A stretch of DNA of 64,000 nucleotides from Octopus bimaculoides (GCF_001194135.2 NC_068981.1:152792061-152856060), one strand, 5' to 3'; numbered from the stretch's first letter, positions 40,467-55,637 are shown. Notes: generated by a model from the letters alone, not told the origin. Made by a program: numbers and translations.

Positions 40467-42349
40467 CACGACATGCTTCTTTCAGTTTCCGTCTAACAAA
40501 TCTACAGTGGTAGAAGACACTTGTCCGAGGTGCCACCCGGACCATGTAGTCGGGAAGCAAGTTTCTTATCACGTCTGCGTCACATGTTCAGTATATTTAT
40601 AAAATATATTATTAACAAGGGATTGATAGATCACAAGTCCAGATGTGCGTAACATTGAGCTTTAAAGAATCGATTTAATGTACTTCGATACACCCACTCC
40701 ATCAAAATAGGCTTTGTATCTTTAAACAACAGAAATTCCTAGCTAACGCCACCACCACCACCACTACTATCAACGCTTCCACCACCATCAACAACAACAA
40801 CGCTTCCACCACCACCACCACCACCACCACTACTATAAAGAAATTCTTCAACACTGAGGTCAAGAAAACATGTTTTCTCTTTTCACTTATCAGCAACATT
40901 ATCTTGTATGATTACTGTCTTCAGGAAAAAAATGATTAAAAAAAAAAAATCAAAAAAAAAAACAGAAAAAAGAAATAATTTATTCATCCTGAAAAAAGTG
41001 TATGAATCATTTAGATCTTGAACATTTGACAGAAACACACGTATATTCGAGAATGGCATGGATTGTCAGTTCATTGGAGGCGTGTATTCTACTTTAACGA
41101 AATGCTTACCATTGTTTGAGTTCTTGCAACATAGAATCGGCTTCGTATAAATAAATCCAATTCTAAAAAAAAAAAAAATTCTTCTGTACATTAATTCCTG
41201 TTAATTAATAACAATAATTAAACGAAAAGACATCTGCAATAAAGATTTAAGTCGTGTAAATAGGAACTAGGTCTTTCTATTTTAGCTTAAACGACTTTCA
41301 ATCAACTAAAACGATTAAAGGACATTGGCGGCACTAAAGCTTATTGGAGAATTTAATAAACTAGGTGGTGACACAAAGTGTTATTTGTATATATGGGCGG
41401 GATTGGAAGGCGGGTAGGTACTAGCTTTAAAAGGAATTGTTGATTAAATAATTGCCTATATGGATTTAGGTCTATATATTTGTAGTAAGAACGCTGAGCG
41501 GTGCTCGTAGTCTGCTGTCACAGCCAAAGTAAACAGGTCTCTCTGTACGATAGGACGAATCCGAAAGGTCTCAAAGAGTTTACAAACAAACAAACAAAAA
41601 GGTAAACGTTACATCTGGTTTATCTTTATTCGCTTAATTTTTACTGTCTTCATTGTACATTTTTGTTATTTTCCCTGTTTCTATCAAATGCAACGCCATA
41701 CATATTTTGCTTGTTCAGTTCCATACATTATAGTTGAGCATACAATAAACAGTGGTTTCAAATCCTGTCTACCACCTAAACACCTTTAAACACCTAAACA
41801 AAATATTTCAGATTTATGTCGAACAATTTTTTCTAATTTCAAACAGAATAAATCTTAGAATTATACACTTGCGCACGCACACACGCTGACATACATGCAC
41901 ACACACATATCCTACGGATCTCCGACAGTTTCGACAATTAGTATTCAGGCTTTGATGTCCTCGATTGTGAAACTATCTGCATAATATCTGCGTGCGCGTG
42001 CGCGTGTGTGTGTGCGCGTGTATGTGTGCGTGTGCGTGTGTACGCGCGAGCATGTGTACATGTTAACGTAAGAACCCTTCTTGAGTTATAGCATTAGTGG
42101 CTGAATATTCCACAGACACGGACACCGTTCATGTAACAGTGACTGACAAGGTTGGACATGCGAACTATTGGTACAACCCTGCCAACGGGATTCGACACAG
42201 TTCCATTCCACCTATTTCTATTCACACAGCAGGACTGACTCGAGATTTTAGCAAAAAACACTAGCCCAACGTGTCATGCAGTGAGACCGAACCAGCAAAC
42301 TCTCGATTGAGCGAAATCTTTAACTACTCGGTCATTATTGTGTCCACAT

Positions 42350-42394
<45 letters not shown>

Positions 42395-43698
42395 NNNNNN
42401 NNNNNNNNNNNNNNNNNNNNNNNNNNNNNNNNNNNNNNNNNNNNNNNNNNNNNNNNNNNNNNNNNNNNNNNNNNNNNNNNNNNNNNNNNNNNNNNNNNNN
42501 NNNNNNNNNNNNNNNNNNNNNNNNNNNNNNNNNNNNNNNNNNNNNNNNNNNNNNNNNNNNNNNNNNNNNNNNNNNNNNNNNNNNNNNNNNNNNNNNNNNN
42601 NNNNNNNNNNNNNNNNNNNNNNNNNNNNNNNNNNNNNNNNNNNNNNNNNNNNNNNNNNNNNNNNNNNNNNNNNNNNNNNNNNNNNNNNNNNNNNNNNNNN
42701 NNNNNNNNNNNNNNNNNNNNNNNNNNNNNNNNNNNNNNNNNNNNNNNNNNNNNNNNNNNNNNNNNNNNNNNNNNNNNNNNNNNNNNNNNNNNNNNNNNNN
42801 NNNNNNNNNNNNNNNNNNNNNNNNNNNNNNNNNNNNNNNNNNNNNNNNNNNNNNNNNNNNNNNNNNNNNNNNNNNNNNNNNNNNNNNNNNNNNNNNNNNN
42901 NNNNNNNNNNNNNNNNNNNNNNNNNNNNNNNNNNNNNNNNNNNNNNNNNNNNNNNNNNNNNNNNNNNNNNNNNNNNNNNNNNNNNNNNNNNNNNNNNNNN
43001 NNNNNNNNNNNNNNNNNNNNNNNNNNNNNNNNNNNNNNNNNNNNNNNNNNNNNNNNNNNNNNNNNNNNNNNNNNNNNNNNNNNNNNNNNNNNNNNNNNNN
43101 NNNNNNNNNNNNNNNNNNNNNNNNNNNNNNNNNNNNNNNNNNNNNNNNNNNNNNNNNNNNNNNNNNNNNNNNNNNNNNNNNNNNNNNNNNNNNNNNNNNN
43201 NNNNNNNNNNNNNNNNNNNNNNNNNNNNNNNNNNNNNNNNNNNNNNNNNNNNNNNNNNNNNNNNNNNNNNNNNNNNNNNNNNNNNNNNNNNNNNACGTAC
43301 CTCTCTCTCTCTCTAACTCTCTCTCTCTCGATATATATACATATATATATATACACACATATATATACATACATATATATATATATATGTTCAAATTTCT
43401 TAATTCAGGCTTTGATATCCTCGATTGTGAAACTATCTGCATATCTGCGTGCGTGCGTGCGTGCGTGCGTCCGTGCGTGTGTGCATGTGTGCGCGTATGT
43501 GTGTGCGCGCGCGCGCTTGTGTGTGTGTACGCGCGAGCATATGTACATGTTAACGTAAGAACCCTAACCGCGGTCTTCCGGTTTACTATGATTAGACACA
43601 TCACTGTCTAAAAAATGAAGATGGATATGTATACGTGCATAAGTATAAACACGTAAGTAACCTGTCGTTTAAAAATGGATAAATATGCTACATAAATT

Positions 43699-43733
<35 letters not shown>

Positions 43734-44188
43734 ATATGTCTATAAGCGCGCGTGTGTATGCCTNNNNNNNNNNTGTGCATATGTCTATAAGCGCGCGTGT
43801 GTATGCCTAAGACGTAACTAACTAACGTTTTGCAAATTGCCCACATTCATACGTTCGGAAAATGAGTTAATTACTCCGTTATCTTACTCTTCTGATTTCA
43901 CATCTATCTTCCTTCTGAGTCCATTTAAATATGTAGTGGCTGTTGTTATTGCTTAACCCTATGATAGACCTGGATTGAACTGAGCTATGATTAAGTGCAC
44001 ACTAGCCATGACCATCCACCATTTTACCCTTTTATTTCGACCTAATGCGTGTGTGTGCATACGTACAGGCTTGGCTATGTGGTAAAGAAGCTTTGAAACC
44101 ATGTGATTTCGAGTTCAGTCCCAGCGAGCAGCACATTGGGCAAGTGTCTTCTACTTTAGCCCGGAAATTTTGTTGAAGTCTATGCTAG

Positions 44189-44232
<44 letters not shown>

Positions 44233-46041
44233 NNNNNNNNNNNNNNNNNNNNNNNNNNNNNNNNNNNNNNNNNNNNNNNNNNNNNNNNNNNNNNNNNNNN
44301 NNNNNNNNNNNNNNNNNNNNNNNNNNNNNNNNNNNNNNNNNNNNNNNNNNNNNNNNNNNNNNNNNNNNNNNNNNNNNNNNNNNNNNNNNNNNNNNNNNNN
44401 NNNNNNNNNNNNNNNNNNNNNNNNNNNNNNNNNNNNNNNNNNNNNNNNNNNNNNNNNNNNNNNNNNNNNNNNNNNNNNNNNNNNNNNNNNNNNNNNNNNN
44501 NNNNNNNNNNNNNNNNNNNNNNNNNNNNNNNNNNNNNNNNNNNNNNNNNNNNNNNNNNNNNNNNNNNNNNNNNNNNNNNNNNNNNNNNNNNNNNNNNNNN
44601 NNNNNNNNNNNNNNNNNNNNNNNNNNNNNNNNNNNNNNNNNNNATATATATATATACATACATATACACACACACATGTATATGACAGCACAATTCATTG
44701 TACGTCTTTGGTATTCCTAGTAAGTCGATCAGACGTATAATCAAAGTAATTCAAACCGAAATCATCCAGTCTTTTCATAAATCTAGAACTCAGTAGAATC
44801 GTTTGAGCAGCGAACAAAATTCCTTATGATGCTTTTTCGGTTTCTGAGCGCAAATCCCACCGAGGTCAACTATACCATTCATCAACTCTACAGTCGATAA
44901 AACATAGCCCGAGTCAAATACTGAAAATCGATGATATCAGCTAACATCCACCCACAAAATTTCAGGTTTTGAGATTGTATTAGCAATTATGATTCAATGC
45001 ATATTTCCTTATATAAGTTGTTTGGGTATGCACTGAAGGAAATTGTATGGCTGGCACGCAAGACAAAATGCTTAGCAGCATTTCGTCCGTTTTACGTTCT
45101 GAATTCAAATTAAGCTGAGGTCAGCTTTGCCTTTCATCCTTTTGGGATCGATAAAATAAGTTCTTGTCAAATACTAGGGTCGATGTAATCGACTTAGTCC
45201 CTATTGCAAAATGTCAGGCCTTGTGCCTGTTGTAGAAAGGATTATTATTATTAAAAGTAAAGCAGCGAACAGGCAGAATTGATAGCAGATCGGACAAAAT
45301 GCTTAGCGGTATTTCAACCGTCTTTACGTTCTGAGTTCGAATTCCACCGTGTTCGACCTTACCGTTTATTCTTTTAGGGTTGATAAAACAAATACTCGTT
45401 GAACACTGGGGTCGATGTAATCAACTTACCCCTCCTTTCAAAATTGCTAGCCTTGTGTCTAAATTAGAAAGAAAAAAAAATATTTTTAAAAGTCAGTTTA
45501 GACTAGCTATAACCACTTAGACAATAATTATCAGTCAATTGTAAATATGACTTTCATTGCTTATTTTGTCTATGGCTGTTGTTGTTGTTTAACCCCAGGT
45601 CGACTTACTCAAACAAACATATCGTCGAAGACGTCCCAAAGATTATGTTATCCATGACAAGGATTACGTTATCCAATGTAATCTTTCGCTTTTCAGACCT
45701 CACAGTATTATTTGAAGGAATCTGTCTGTTAATTATGGCAAGCTCAGCAACCACATAGTGGCTACCGTATTAGCTATCTTCCAATCGAGACTTAGAAGAA
45801 AGCTTGTAAATTAATCAGTTTGTAACAGGAAATATTTATGTAATCAAGATTGATTTCACAAACATTGTTGTCCAGATGATAATGTCATTAAAGCCAGTTT
45901 CGTAAACGATGTATTCATTACAAAAGTAATGAAGACTAATCAACGTAAATGAGAATTTCTCGTTCTGAGTTTATGACAAGGGAAATAGGCCAAACTATAA
46001 ATAAAAGCACTCTTTCCCATGACAGTTCTGTCTTTTCTATG

Positions 46042-46079
<38 letters not shown>

Positions 46080-46196
46080 CACTACATTATCCTTTGTATA
46101 CTTACCTTTTTCAAAAGTGTATGATATGAGGATGATTTGGCTATTATTTTTCACATGTCGATCTACCACACAAGTTCCTCCGTTGATATAGTGAAG

Positions 46197-46248
<52 letters not shown>
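46197..46248. repeat. (TAG)n microsatellite (a second one at ~53083-53140)
   Basis: Direct reading. Confidence 0.9.
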
Positions 46249-48250
46249 AAGAAGAAGAGGCAGCAGCAGCAGTAGCAATAGTTAATGTTGTCGGTGTTTG
46301 TTTCGAGCCAATGATGACAGACATGCTTGGTATTCACTGCAGTTGTGTGGCGATTGAAATGAATGCTTATGATGGTGAATCTCGTTCACACTCCTTTGAC
46401 GTAGACGATCCTGACTTAAGATTAGCTTTGATGACTGTTCTGATCTGATCTGCTGTGATGGGTCGAGAGGTTGCTGATGAGCCCTAAAATAATAGGTTGT
46501 AATCACATGTTGTTCTACAGAATATATGTAGCTACCGTCGAAATGAACAAAACGCACCAATTTAGCGGATAATCAATCAGTTTTTAATAGTCGATATTCT
46601 TATTTCACATTTTATAGCGGTTTATTTACTATAACTGTTAGCCTCAGATACTGTAACCAATTTCTACTCTGTGCTTCATTATTTTTTTTATTTTGTCACT
46701 TAATGGTTCACAGTCATATGACTTTATTCTCAAAAGACCGAGAAATTTTACCTAAATTTCTTCCGAAATTTCAAAGGCTACACAGGAAAGTATTTCTTGA
46801 TGCTTTATCTTCGTGTGTTTCCTGTCATCTTTCTATAAATAGTTCAAACAGAATCTACATACTTCATGGTTTCTCGTCATTGCCTCAACTTAGAGATTAG
46901 GACGTACAGTAGGAGTGAAAATAAATGCATGAAACAGTCACAACAGAAAGTGGTTCATCATTATCATGACAACAACGGCTTAAACCAGTGGGTTTCGAAA
47001 AAAAGTAAAAAGATGAAGAGGAAAGCACAAAATACAGGAGATGCATCACAGATTTACTTCCAAACAACTTGTAAAAATAACTTATAATTAAAAGTTTGGG
47101 TAGCTTACATTTAGATAAATATAACTTACATTTAAATTGAAATAAAAATAAAGTTAATAAGAATATATTTAAAGATCTGATAATTTACACCAGAAAATAT
47201 TTGCCTGACTCTTTTCAGAAAACAGTAAAGCATTTATTTGAAAAATAGATAAAATAGGAAATAGCTACTACTCGCTGTTGGTTTAAGGTGCCAGACACTA
47301 AAAATGATCGACAATTTTAGTTTAAACGAACTTAAGAAAGGCAAACTGAAGGCATTATCCAATCGAAAAAAAAGTAAGCCAACGAAGGACCTCTAGATGG
47401 CCGCTCAAGCTGTTAGATACAGCAGCAGATAATGAAATCACACCATATTGTCTCAAAAAACGAGTGGAAGGATATGCTGAATAATATAGCTCAAAACACT
47501 GTCGCAAAAAAGATGTTGAGATACGCAGGCAGACAAACATTTTAAAGAGCCAATGAAGTGCCTCTATGCGGTCATTCGGTCTGCTAGAACTAGAAGCCTA
47601 ATCGCCTTCTAATAAAAAAAAAATAGCTGTTGAATAACATGGTCTTAGATTCCCTTCAAATAGAAAAAAGATGACATGAACACAGCTGATGTGCCTCTGA
47701 AAGTGGTCTTCTCGACCTGGGACTAAATAACAACCCCGGAGAAACTGCCTCGTTCTCTTCCAAATAAGGAAATATTATATTATCCACTGTGTGCAATTGT
47801 ATATAATCTTCTCTGAAGTTATTTGTAATGGCGATGGTGCTGGGCTAATAGAAAATAATACAGACAAGAAGCGCTTAGCATTGCATTATATTTTGAGTTC
47901 GAATCACATAGTGTCTCGACTTCACTTGTTCTATTATTGCTGAAGTAGGCGAACAGAAGCTTTATATCGATTCAATTAATTCTACCCTGTCACTTATAAC
48001 CTTGTCCTTCTACCAATAAACCATATTTTCTAAATAAAATCTCCAAAGAATATGATGCTAAATTCTTGAAATAAATTACTTTTGAAGAATATAAAACATC
48101 TGGAAATAACCAATCTGTATTCTTCTGTTCAATAAATATTATATACAACTATACTTTAAGCGTTCCATTTATTTGTTCGTTTGAAAACTGTTTTAAAAGA
48201 AACATGTTTCTAAGAGAATATATTTAATCCGAGAGTTTGATTTATTAGGA

Positions 48251-48507
48251 CAGTGGTTCTTAACCAGGGTCTATATGGCCCTATGGGGATCCATATAAGA
48301 TTTTGCTGTTAAGATTTATGCGCAATAAATTGGTTATATTTATACAATACACAAAATATTTTAACAGTATCATTTATACAATTCCTTAAAATACTTAGTT
48401 ACAAAAATACAATAGGGATTTTTTAAACATAGGATGATTATGGGAGTCCAATATAAGCAAACAAGAATTAAAGGGGTCTATATGCAAAAAATGGTTGAGG
48501 ACCACTG
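48251..48507. mobile_element. hAT-like MITE remnant
   Basis: Terminal inverted repeats CAGTGGTTCTTAACCA / TGGTTGAGGACCACTG. No clear 8-bp target-site duplication remains. Confidence 0.5.
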
Positions 48508-51221
48508 ATTTAAAGAATGAAAAAGTAAAATTTATAATCGGTAGTAAATTCTCAAGAATGACAATATTTGAAAATGTTTGAATAAGACAACACTTATTGG
48601 ATGAAAATTGAACCCAAGTTTTGTCTTAGAAAAATGAAATAAGAAGAAAAGTAATTAGAAAAGCCGCCGCTTTTAATACAATACCGTAAATTATATTTCT
48701 GGTGTGAATGGATGGAAAGTATGCTTTAGGCATTAAATTAAAGTGAGTTTGAACACATCGAAAATATGAAAGAAATATTAGTCGGTAAACTATGATCAAA
48801 TAAAAATGAAATTATTCAACAACTATGTAATCGACTTATCTACTTCTCCGAAATTGCTGGCTTTATGCCAGCAATTTCCGGAGAAGGGGCAAGGTAATTA
48901 CAACGACCACAATGTTCAACTGGTTCTTATTTTATCGACCCCGGAAGGACAAAAAATGAAGTCTACTGCGGCGGATTTGAACTCAGAATGTAAAGAGGGT
49001 CGAAATGCCGCTAAGTATTTTTGTCAGACATGTTAACGATTTTACCTGCTTGTCGCCTCCATATTGATGAAATATATTAATATTTTAATTTTCTTGACAC
49101 AGAACTACTTTCTAGGTAATAATAATTTAGAATACAGCATAGCATTAAATATGATTAGGTCTCGAATCAGTCCTCTTTGGAAGTAGAGGTATTAGCTTTC
49201 ACATGAAGCTAGAATATTTTTGAAATGCCCTAATCAATGGTGGAAATATGGAGGGTATGCAAGGAAACGGCGTTCCCCTGCCTTTTTGATCAAGTTGTCC
49301 GGGAGTCCATCAGACCTTGATGACTCTTTTCATGGGATCTAGAGTATAACACCATATATTTTTGAAGGCCCGGAGTGAGGGCAGTTGGCAAACTCAAGGG
49401 TTGCCCCAGGCCAAGTTATAATACCTAACCCTCTTCTCTTCCGAATCTTAACCTCATTGACCCCTTGTTCTTTGAATTCATTTCCTTTACTGACCCTAAT
49501 GGACCTTCACACGACTAACCTTCCGGTTTACTACCTCCTGTATAATATATAATCTAAATTAGAACTCAGTTAACTCTCGTTTCAATCAGTTAATTATAAT
49601 GGAATAATAGCTTCATTTTTGTGAATCTATGTCGAATATTGTAACGGATTGATAAATTCATCGACAAAATACAATCAACAGAGAATCGATTAAAACAGTA
49701 TATATTTGATATTATTAGTTCGTAGGTCACCTTTATAATCGTTTAAATCGATTGATTACCCTAGGTCAATGCAGAGCACAAATCTCTTTGTCTAAACCAA
49801 GACTACCTTATCCAATGTGTTCGTTTTGGTTTACGATAGCTGAGTGTGATTTGAGGAAGATTTGGTTGCTATTTCTAGCAGAACTAGGAACCATGTAGAG
49901 GCTCTGTATAATGGATTCACTCATTTAATAAGTGAGTAATCGATAGGAACTAACAAGGGGAAGAAAAGGGCTACATTAGCCCTATTACTGTTAATTAATT
50001 ACATTGCTGACAAATTAGAAACATGACAATCATGTTTAAAATGCAATTGAGGGCCACTTATGGTGGTCTAAGTCTCACTGTGTCGCCAAGAATGTGTACC
50101 TACATCTGTTTTATAGATTCTTTGATTGCAAAGCTATTTCTCCACATTCTTTCGGTAATTGGTTACTGAATTATAAATGGATATTTTAAGACACATTAAG
50201 TGGATGTTATCAAATGTTGAAAGCTAGTGTGTGTATGTGTGTGTAATTTAATTTACACTCACACACACACACACACACATACACACACATACACACACAC
50301 ATACACACACACATACACACACACACTCGTATATATGGACTGCTGTCAGTCAACTCCATCTTGTTGTAGGCTTTCGCCGTTGCAGCAAGAACAGTCGAAA
50401 GAGCCTCCTGTCTGAGGGTCACAATATCACAGATTTTGTTGCCAATTGCAGCTTTAGAACTCACTCTCTACAGAGTTTGGTGTTGCCTGAAGACTCCTGA
50501 TGTTAAAGAAGCTGCCGTCTTGCTTGAAGTCCACAACCACACTCCTATTTCGCTGAACCTCATTGTAGAGAATCTTGGTGACACAGAAAAGGTACATGTT
50601 GAATAACACAGGTGATAGCATTACATCTCACCCTTATCCTATGCGTACAAGAGAAAGCTTGGACATTTGTTCACCTATCGTGGAATTGAAGTAGCATGGT
50701 AATAAATTTACTGAGACAGCTAAACCAGAGAACATTTAACAAGCGTTTTCTATGTGCCATCTCGAATGCTTAGATGAGATCAACAAAGGTTAAAATATAA
50801 GTGCTAATGTTTTTACGGTGTTATACTTGGAGCTGTCGGCTTTTGAAAAGCATATTGGCCGTGTGCCTGGTCTTCTAAGATCTATTCAACCTTTCAAGCA
50901 GCGTTGACTCAAAGTTGCTGCTGCTGAGTCTCGGAAATCGTACCTTAACCAGGGCCCTACTAGCAACAGAAAGGAACTGTAAATCACTGTTTTTACCGTA
51001 GACGGCCTAGTCACACTTGTCTTTAAAATGACAACTATACTAACATCTCCCCGTTGCAGTACGATATATTCGTCACTTCTTGATGATATATTAACAAAGG
51101 CTCAGCGCTCGGGCTGGCTTGTTCTTAGAACACAATGTATTCACATGCACACACGTTTGCACACAAACACATACATATATGCATACATGCATCTTTTTCT
51201 CTCCTCTCTCTCTCTCTCTCT

Positions 51222-51224
<3 letters not shown>

Positions 51225-51259
<35 letters not shown>

Positions 51260-51457
51260 GTGTGTGTGTGTGTGTATGTGTGTGTGTGTGTAAGTGCGTG
51301 TGCGTGCGTGCAGATAAATATGAACTTTTTCATTATGTTAATAACTATGGGAATACATTACATACAGCTGAATTCAACATACTAAAAAACAGTACAAGTA
51401 TAAAATATATACAATGTATATTTGAAGCTTAAGCTTCTATTAAAATTGTTTATCAGT

Positions 51458-51492
<35 letters not shown>

Positions 51493-51840
51493 GTCTGTCT
51501 GTCTGTCTGTCTATTTATCCATCTCTTTGTCTGTCTATCTACTTGTCTGTCTGCCTATCTATTTGTCTGTCTATCTGGCTAATTTTTGGCCTGCCCATCT
51601 ATCTATTTGTCTGTCTGTCTATCTATTTGTCTGACTATTTGTCTAGTTGTTTGTCTGTCTATCTGTCTGTCTATCTGTCTGCCTATCTACTGTTTATCTG
51701 CCTATCTGCTTATCTATCTATCTATCTATCTATTTGTCTGTCTGTCTGTCTGTCTGTCTGTCCGTAAAATTTTCTATCTGCCTGTCTATTTATCTATCTA
51801 TCTGTCTATGTATATATCTGGTTGTCTGTCTCTCTATCTA

Positions 51841-51913
<73 letters not shown>

Positions 51914-51915
51914 AT
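51225..51915. repeat. Compound (TCTA)n/(TCTG)n microsatellite field
   Basis: Direct reading. Confidence 0.9.
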
Positions 51916-52125
51916 ATCAGTCTACAGACGTATAACCATACGCATATTTATTATGTCTTTTTATTTATCTCGTGTTTATATATATATAAATTTAAATATC
52001 TGATATTTCATTCATTATCTGCATGTATAATACTTCTATATACAATTATTATTTTCCAACATTTAGATCAACTGTAAAAGCTTTGTATTCATCACCTGCC
52101 CTATATGTTCCTATTTTGACTTCAG

Positions 52126-52231
52126 ATGGACAAACGCCATCAACAAGGAAGCACAGACCGTCTTAAACACTGGCCTTTTCTCAACTATTTTAACCGATCC
52201 CGAAACATGCCTCCTGTCTGCCCCCCACCTG
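52126..52231 (+). CDS. Predicted first coding exon of the reflectin-motif transglutaminase (MDKRHQQGSTDRLKHWPFLNYFNRSRNMPPVCPPP)
   Basis: Preceded by acceptor ttcctattttgacttcAG directly before the ATG. Ends cct g|GTTCGT (phase 1), matching the phase-1 acceptor at 55286 (G+AC=Asp). Pro/Met tail resembles the next exon. The donor is weaker than the others. Confidence 0.55.
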
Positions 52232-53081
52232 GTTCGTACAGTTATTATATGTTGTTATTGTTGTTTAATACCTTGGTCAATTCTGATACACCCAAGGTAT
52301 TCCAGCCGTGACAATCCCAGTTTTTTTCTCGCAGAATCATATCTATGATTTCTTCATTGTTAAGACAGAGTATTGTGATTGACTCGAAGAATTTATAGGA
52401 TGATTCGATTACCAATATATACTAGTATATATGGCGATCACTTAACCTTAAAATGTCCCCTTAAAAGGAAGTGTCTGTCTTATATTCTGGATATAAAATA
52501 TGCACATTAATTGCTAGTGATGTACTTATGGCTGATAGTAGGCTAAACCATGCCTTCCTACCCATGCGTTGTCTTATAGGCCCTGCAGTTGATATATTCA
52601 CATATATGGTGATTTGATTACTGTGGAGGGGCGTACGATTTAACGTTTCGGGATTTGCTCTTCGTCAAAAAAAAAATGAAAACGGAAGGACATTTAATTG
52701 CTAGTTCTGGCTGGTCAAGTAACCACTTAGAGATTCTACCAATGACATGTTATTACATCATTGTTGTTTTAGATTTTAATTATTTAATGTAACTATGGGA
52801 TCGCCGTTTCATTTTTTTTTAATAATTTTATATTTACTTGTTCTTATTTTTGTTCTTTAATGTTGCGGATGTTAATATAAATATTAATCAAAGAGAACGA
52901 TCTCAAATTCTTGGTAAAGAAGTAGTTGTAATGATGGTTGCAATGATAGTGATAACGATGAGGATAGTGATGAAAATGGGGCAGAAGAAGAAGAGGAGGA
53001 GTAGGTTGACGTCCACGACAATGTAGCTGCTTCTACTGTTCTTGATAGTTTTAGTTTTCTCGCTGATATAATTACAAATGC

Positions 53082-53141
<60 letters not shown>

Positions 53142-53223
53142 TGCTGTTATTGTTGTCGTCTTCGTTGTTTAGCCCCAGGTAATCTCTGAGCAATCTATGA
53201 TCAAAAGCATTAGTGTTATTTTT

Positions 53224-53254
<31 letters not shown>

Positions 53255-53534
53255 GTATTGTGTTCCTCGAACTACATTTTTTTTCTACTGTGTCCTTTTT
53301 TTTAACACTTTGAAGTGTGATCTAAAGGAGATTTGGCTGCTATATCTAACAAGTCGAACGATCACGTGGAAACTCTCATATTGTAATCGTCTCTCGCTCT
53401 AAACAGAAATTTATAGTAACCATCTTTGAAGAAACTTAAATAATATTTTACACAAGTTCATCGTAAACTTTGTAGCGAAACGTTGAAACTTATGTTTATA
53501 TATTCTGGATTTCACGTTGTTGTCGGTGTTGTTG

Positions 53535-53770
53535 TTGAGCTCCAGATCAACCCAGTTCGAACATCTATTTACGAATGCGTTCCAGTCATGACCAACCTGT
53601 CATCATGCTTTTATTTATATATATTTTATTTATTATTATCTTAATATATAAGTATATAAAGCTCTACTGCATTGTGTAATGTGTTCTTCATTATTTTAGA
53701 AAATAAGGTGTGATTTAAGGGAGATTTAGTTCTTATTTCCAGCAGGCCGAGCAGTGACAAACAAACTCCC
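53535..53770 (+). repeat. Interspersed repeat family C (related copies ~7650-7850, 38420-38620, 45580-45780, 49750-49910, 53160-53390)
   Basis: Recurring blocks GTTGTT(G/T)A.CCCCAGGTC.A...GA.CTAT...TTCCAG.CATGACCA and GTGTGATTT.AGGGAGATTTGG.TGCTATTTC.AGCAG. Class not determined. Confidence 0.55.
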
Positions 53771-54359
53771 ACTATGTGGGGTAACTAGAAATGTTAGAGT
53801 ACCGATGATATGAGAGCTTAAGGAAGAGTTCGTTGCACGAGTATTAGCTTTTTTCCTTTTCTGCTGAGTAGACTGGAGTACCGTGAAACAAAGAACCTTT
53901 TTTCAAATATACAACGCGTTGCTCGATTCAGGAATCGAACTTAAGACCTTAAATTCGTGAGTCCAATACACTAACCGCTGGATCACGCGCCTTCATTAGA
54001 GAATAGTTAAAGTAGATAATAATTGAAGTCAGGTCCTATAAATTGATATTTTAAATCCTTATAGTAAATATTTACGAAATCATGTCATGATATGTGTGTA
54101 CGCGCATGCGCGAAAATGTGTGTGCGCGCGCCTTAAAACACTATGGTTAAAAGCTTCATCTTTTCCAACTAACAACAAAGTGTTCAGTATCTGTCCGCAT
54201 AGAAGCTTGCAGAGCGCAGTATGCATACATACATACATACATACATATATGTGTATCATACGTGTGTGTATATATGTATGTGCGTATATATGCATATTTA
54301 CATATGTATGTATATTTACACACACATATATCTATCTATATATATATATATATATCAGC

Positions 54360-54428
<69 letters not shown>

Positions 54429-54496
54429 CATGTATATATATATATATGTATGCATGCATATATATATATGTATGTATGTTTGTTTATATGCATGTG

Positions 54497-54530
<34 letters not shown>

Positions 54531-55285
54531 ATGTTTTTAATGCCCGTAGTTACTTTTTCGCCGTTTTATGAGAAATTTGGAGACCGAGATTTTCAGGAGA
54601 CTTTTGTTGTAATTGGCGAAGCAAAAGATAAACCAGTGGCATGTCCAGATGCTTCACATCGGCGCTTTATTTGTTGCCCTGAAAAGTAGCATCAAAATTA
54701 TCATTCTGTCTGCAAGTCGGCAATGGCTTTGTCTTATTGATCGTCAATAGCAAAAGGTGGTTTATAATATGATATATCACAGCAGACCTAACTTGTACCG
54801 TTTTGAGAAGATACTGAATGGGGTAAATTTGTCGAAGATAAACCAAGCAATATCGGTAAACATACGGCATCTTTTTGCTGCTAAATGTGCTTCGAGAATA
54901 ATGTAGTATGTCCATTGTGATGATGTACGAAAGAGCTCATGAGCTAGTATCTAATGCATGAGTAAATATATAGTGAATGAGTCTATAGCAAATATAAAAA
55001 TCGAAGTATTGTGCTTTACTTCGACTTAATAGCAAACTCATCACGGCCGACTGTATTAGCACATGAGCTCTTTCAAGTATCACCACAAAGAAAATACAAT
55101 ACTTGGTTAACACAACAGTACAAATATTGTTGTGCTACCAGCTCCGGTTATATCCGAATAGGACTATGTTACGTGCGTAGATAAAAATATAAAAACGTAT
55201 TGGAATATGAAAGAAAATAACAGGTAAGAAACTGAAAAACTGCTTACACGAAAGTATGAATTGTTGTTATTCGATATTCTTCCAG

Positions 55286-55499
55286 ACACAAGCAGCAAAG
55301 ATAAGAAAGATCCTATGGGGAGAATGCCGAGGGGAAATGTAAGACATTTTGGTCCCCCCTTTATGGGTCCGCCCATGCCAGGTGATGGTTTTGAAGGGTT
55401 TCCACCACCACCACCTCCTTGTGCAATGAATCCTCCCCAAACGAGAAAGAAAAAAAACGCCGAGAAAGAGCGCTTGCAGGACGTGGAAGGCGAACCTAG
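55286..55499 (+). CDS. Exon of transglutaminase N-terminal extension: Pro/Met/Gly-rich then basic/acidic (DTSSKDKKDPMGRMPRG...PPPPPPCAMNPPQ...EGEP)
   Basis: Acceptor gatattcttccAG (55284-55285), donor AG|GTGATT (55500). 214 nt, phase 1 in and phase 2 out. The 138-nt intron rejoins in frame (AG+A=Arg) to the next exon. Confidence 0.85.
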
Positions 55500-55637
55500 G
55501 TGATTATGACTTATCGTAATAAATACTTTATGACAAACTTTCACAATTGATCAGAACTTCTATGCAATATTTTTTTAATGTGAAGGATGAGAGGTATTTT
55601 TTTAATGGATAGTACATGTATGGTTGTATTTTCTTAG

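Noticed and set aside
50330-50640. Coding-looking stretch next to a (CA)n tract
   Set aside because: All frames are interrupted, no motif was recognised, and no splice-phase fit to the gene model was found.
52170-52210. Resemblance of FLNYFNRSRNM to reflectin N-termini
   Set aside because: Too short and compositionally biased to support homology.
52930-53005. Acidic reading (NDSDNDEDSDENGAEEEEEE) as an extra exon of the N-terminal extension
   Set aside because: Degenerate trinucleotide-repeat DNA ending in a stop, with no convincing splice sites.
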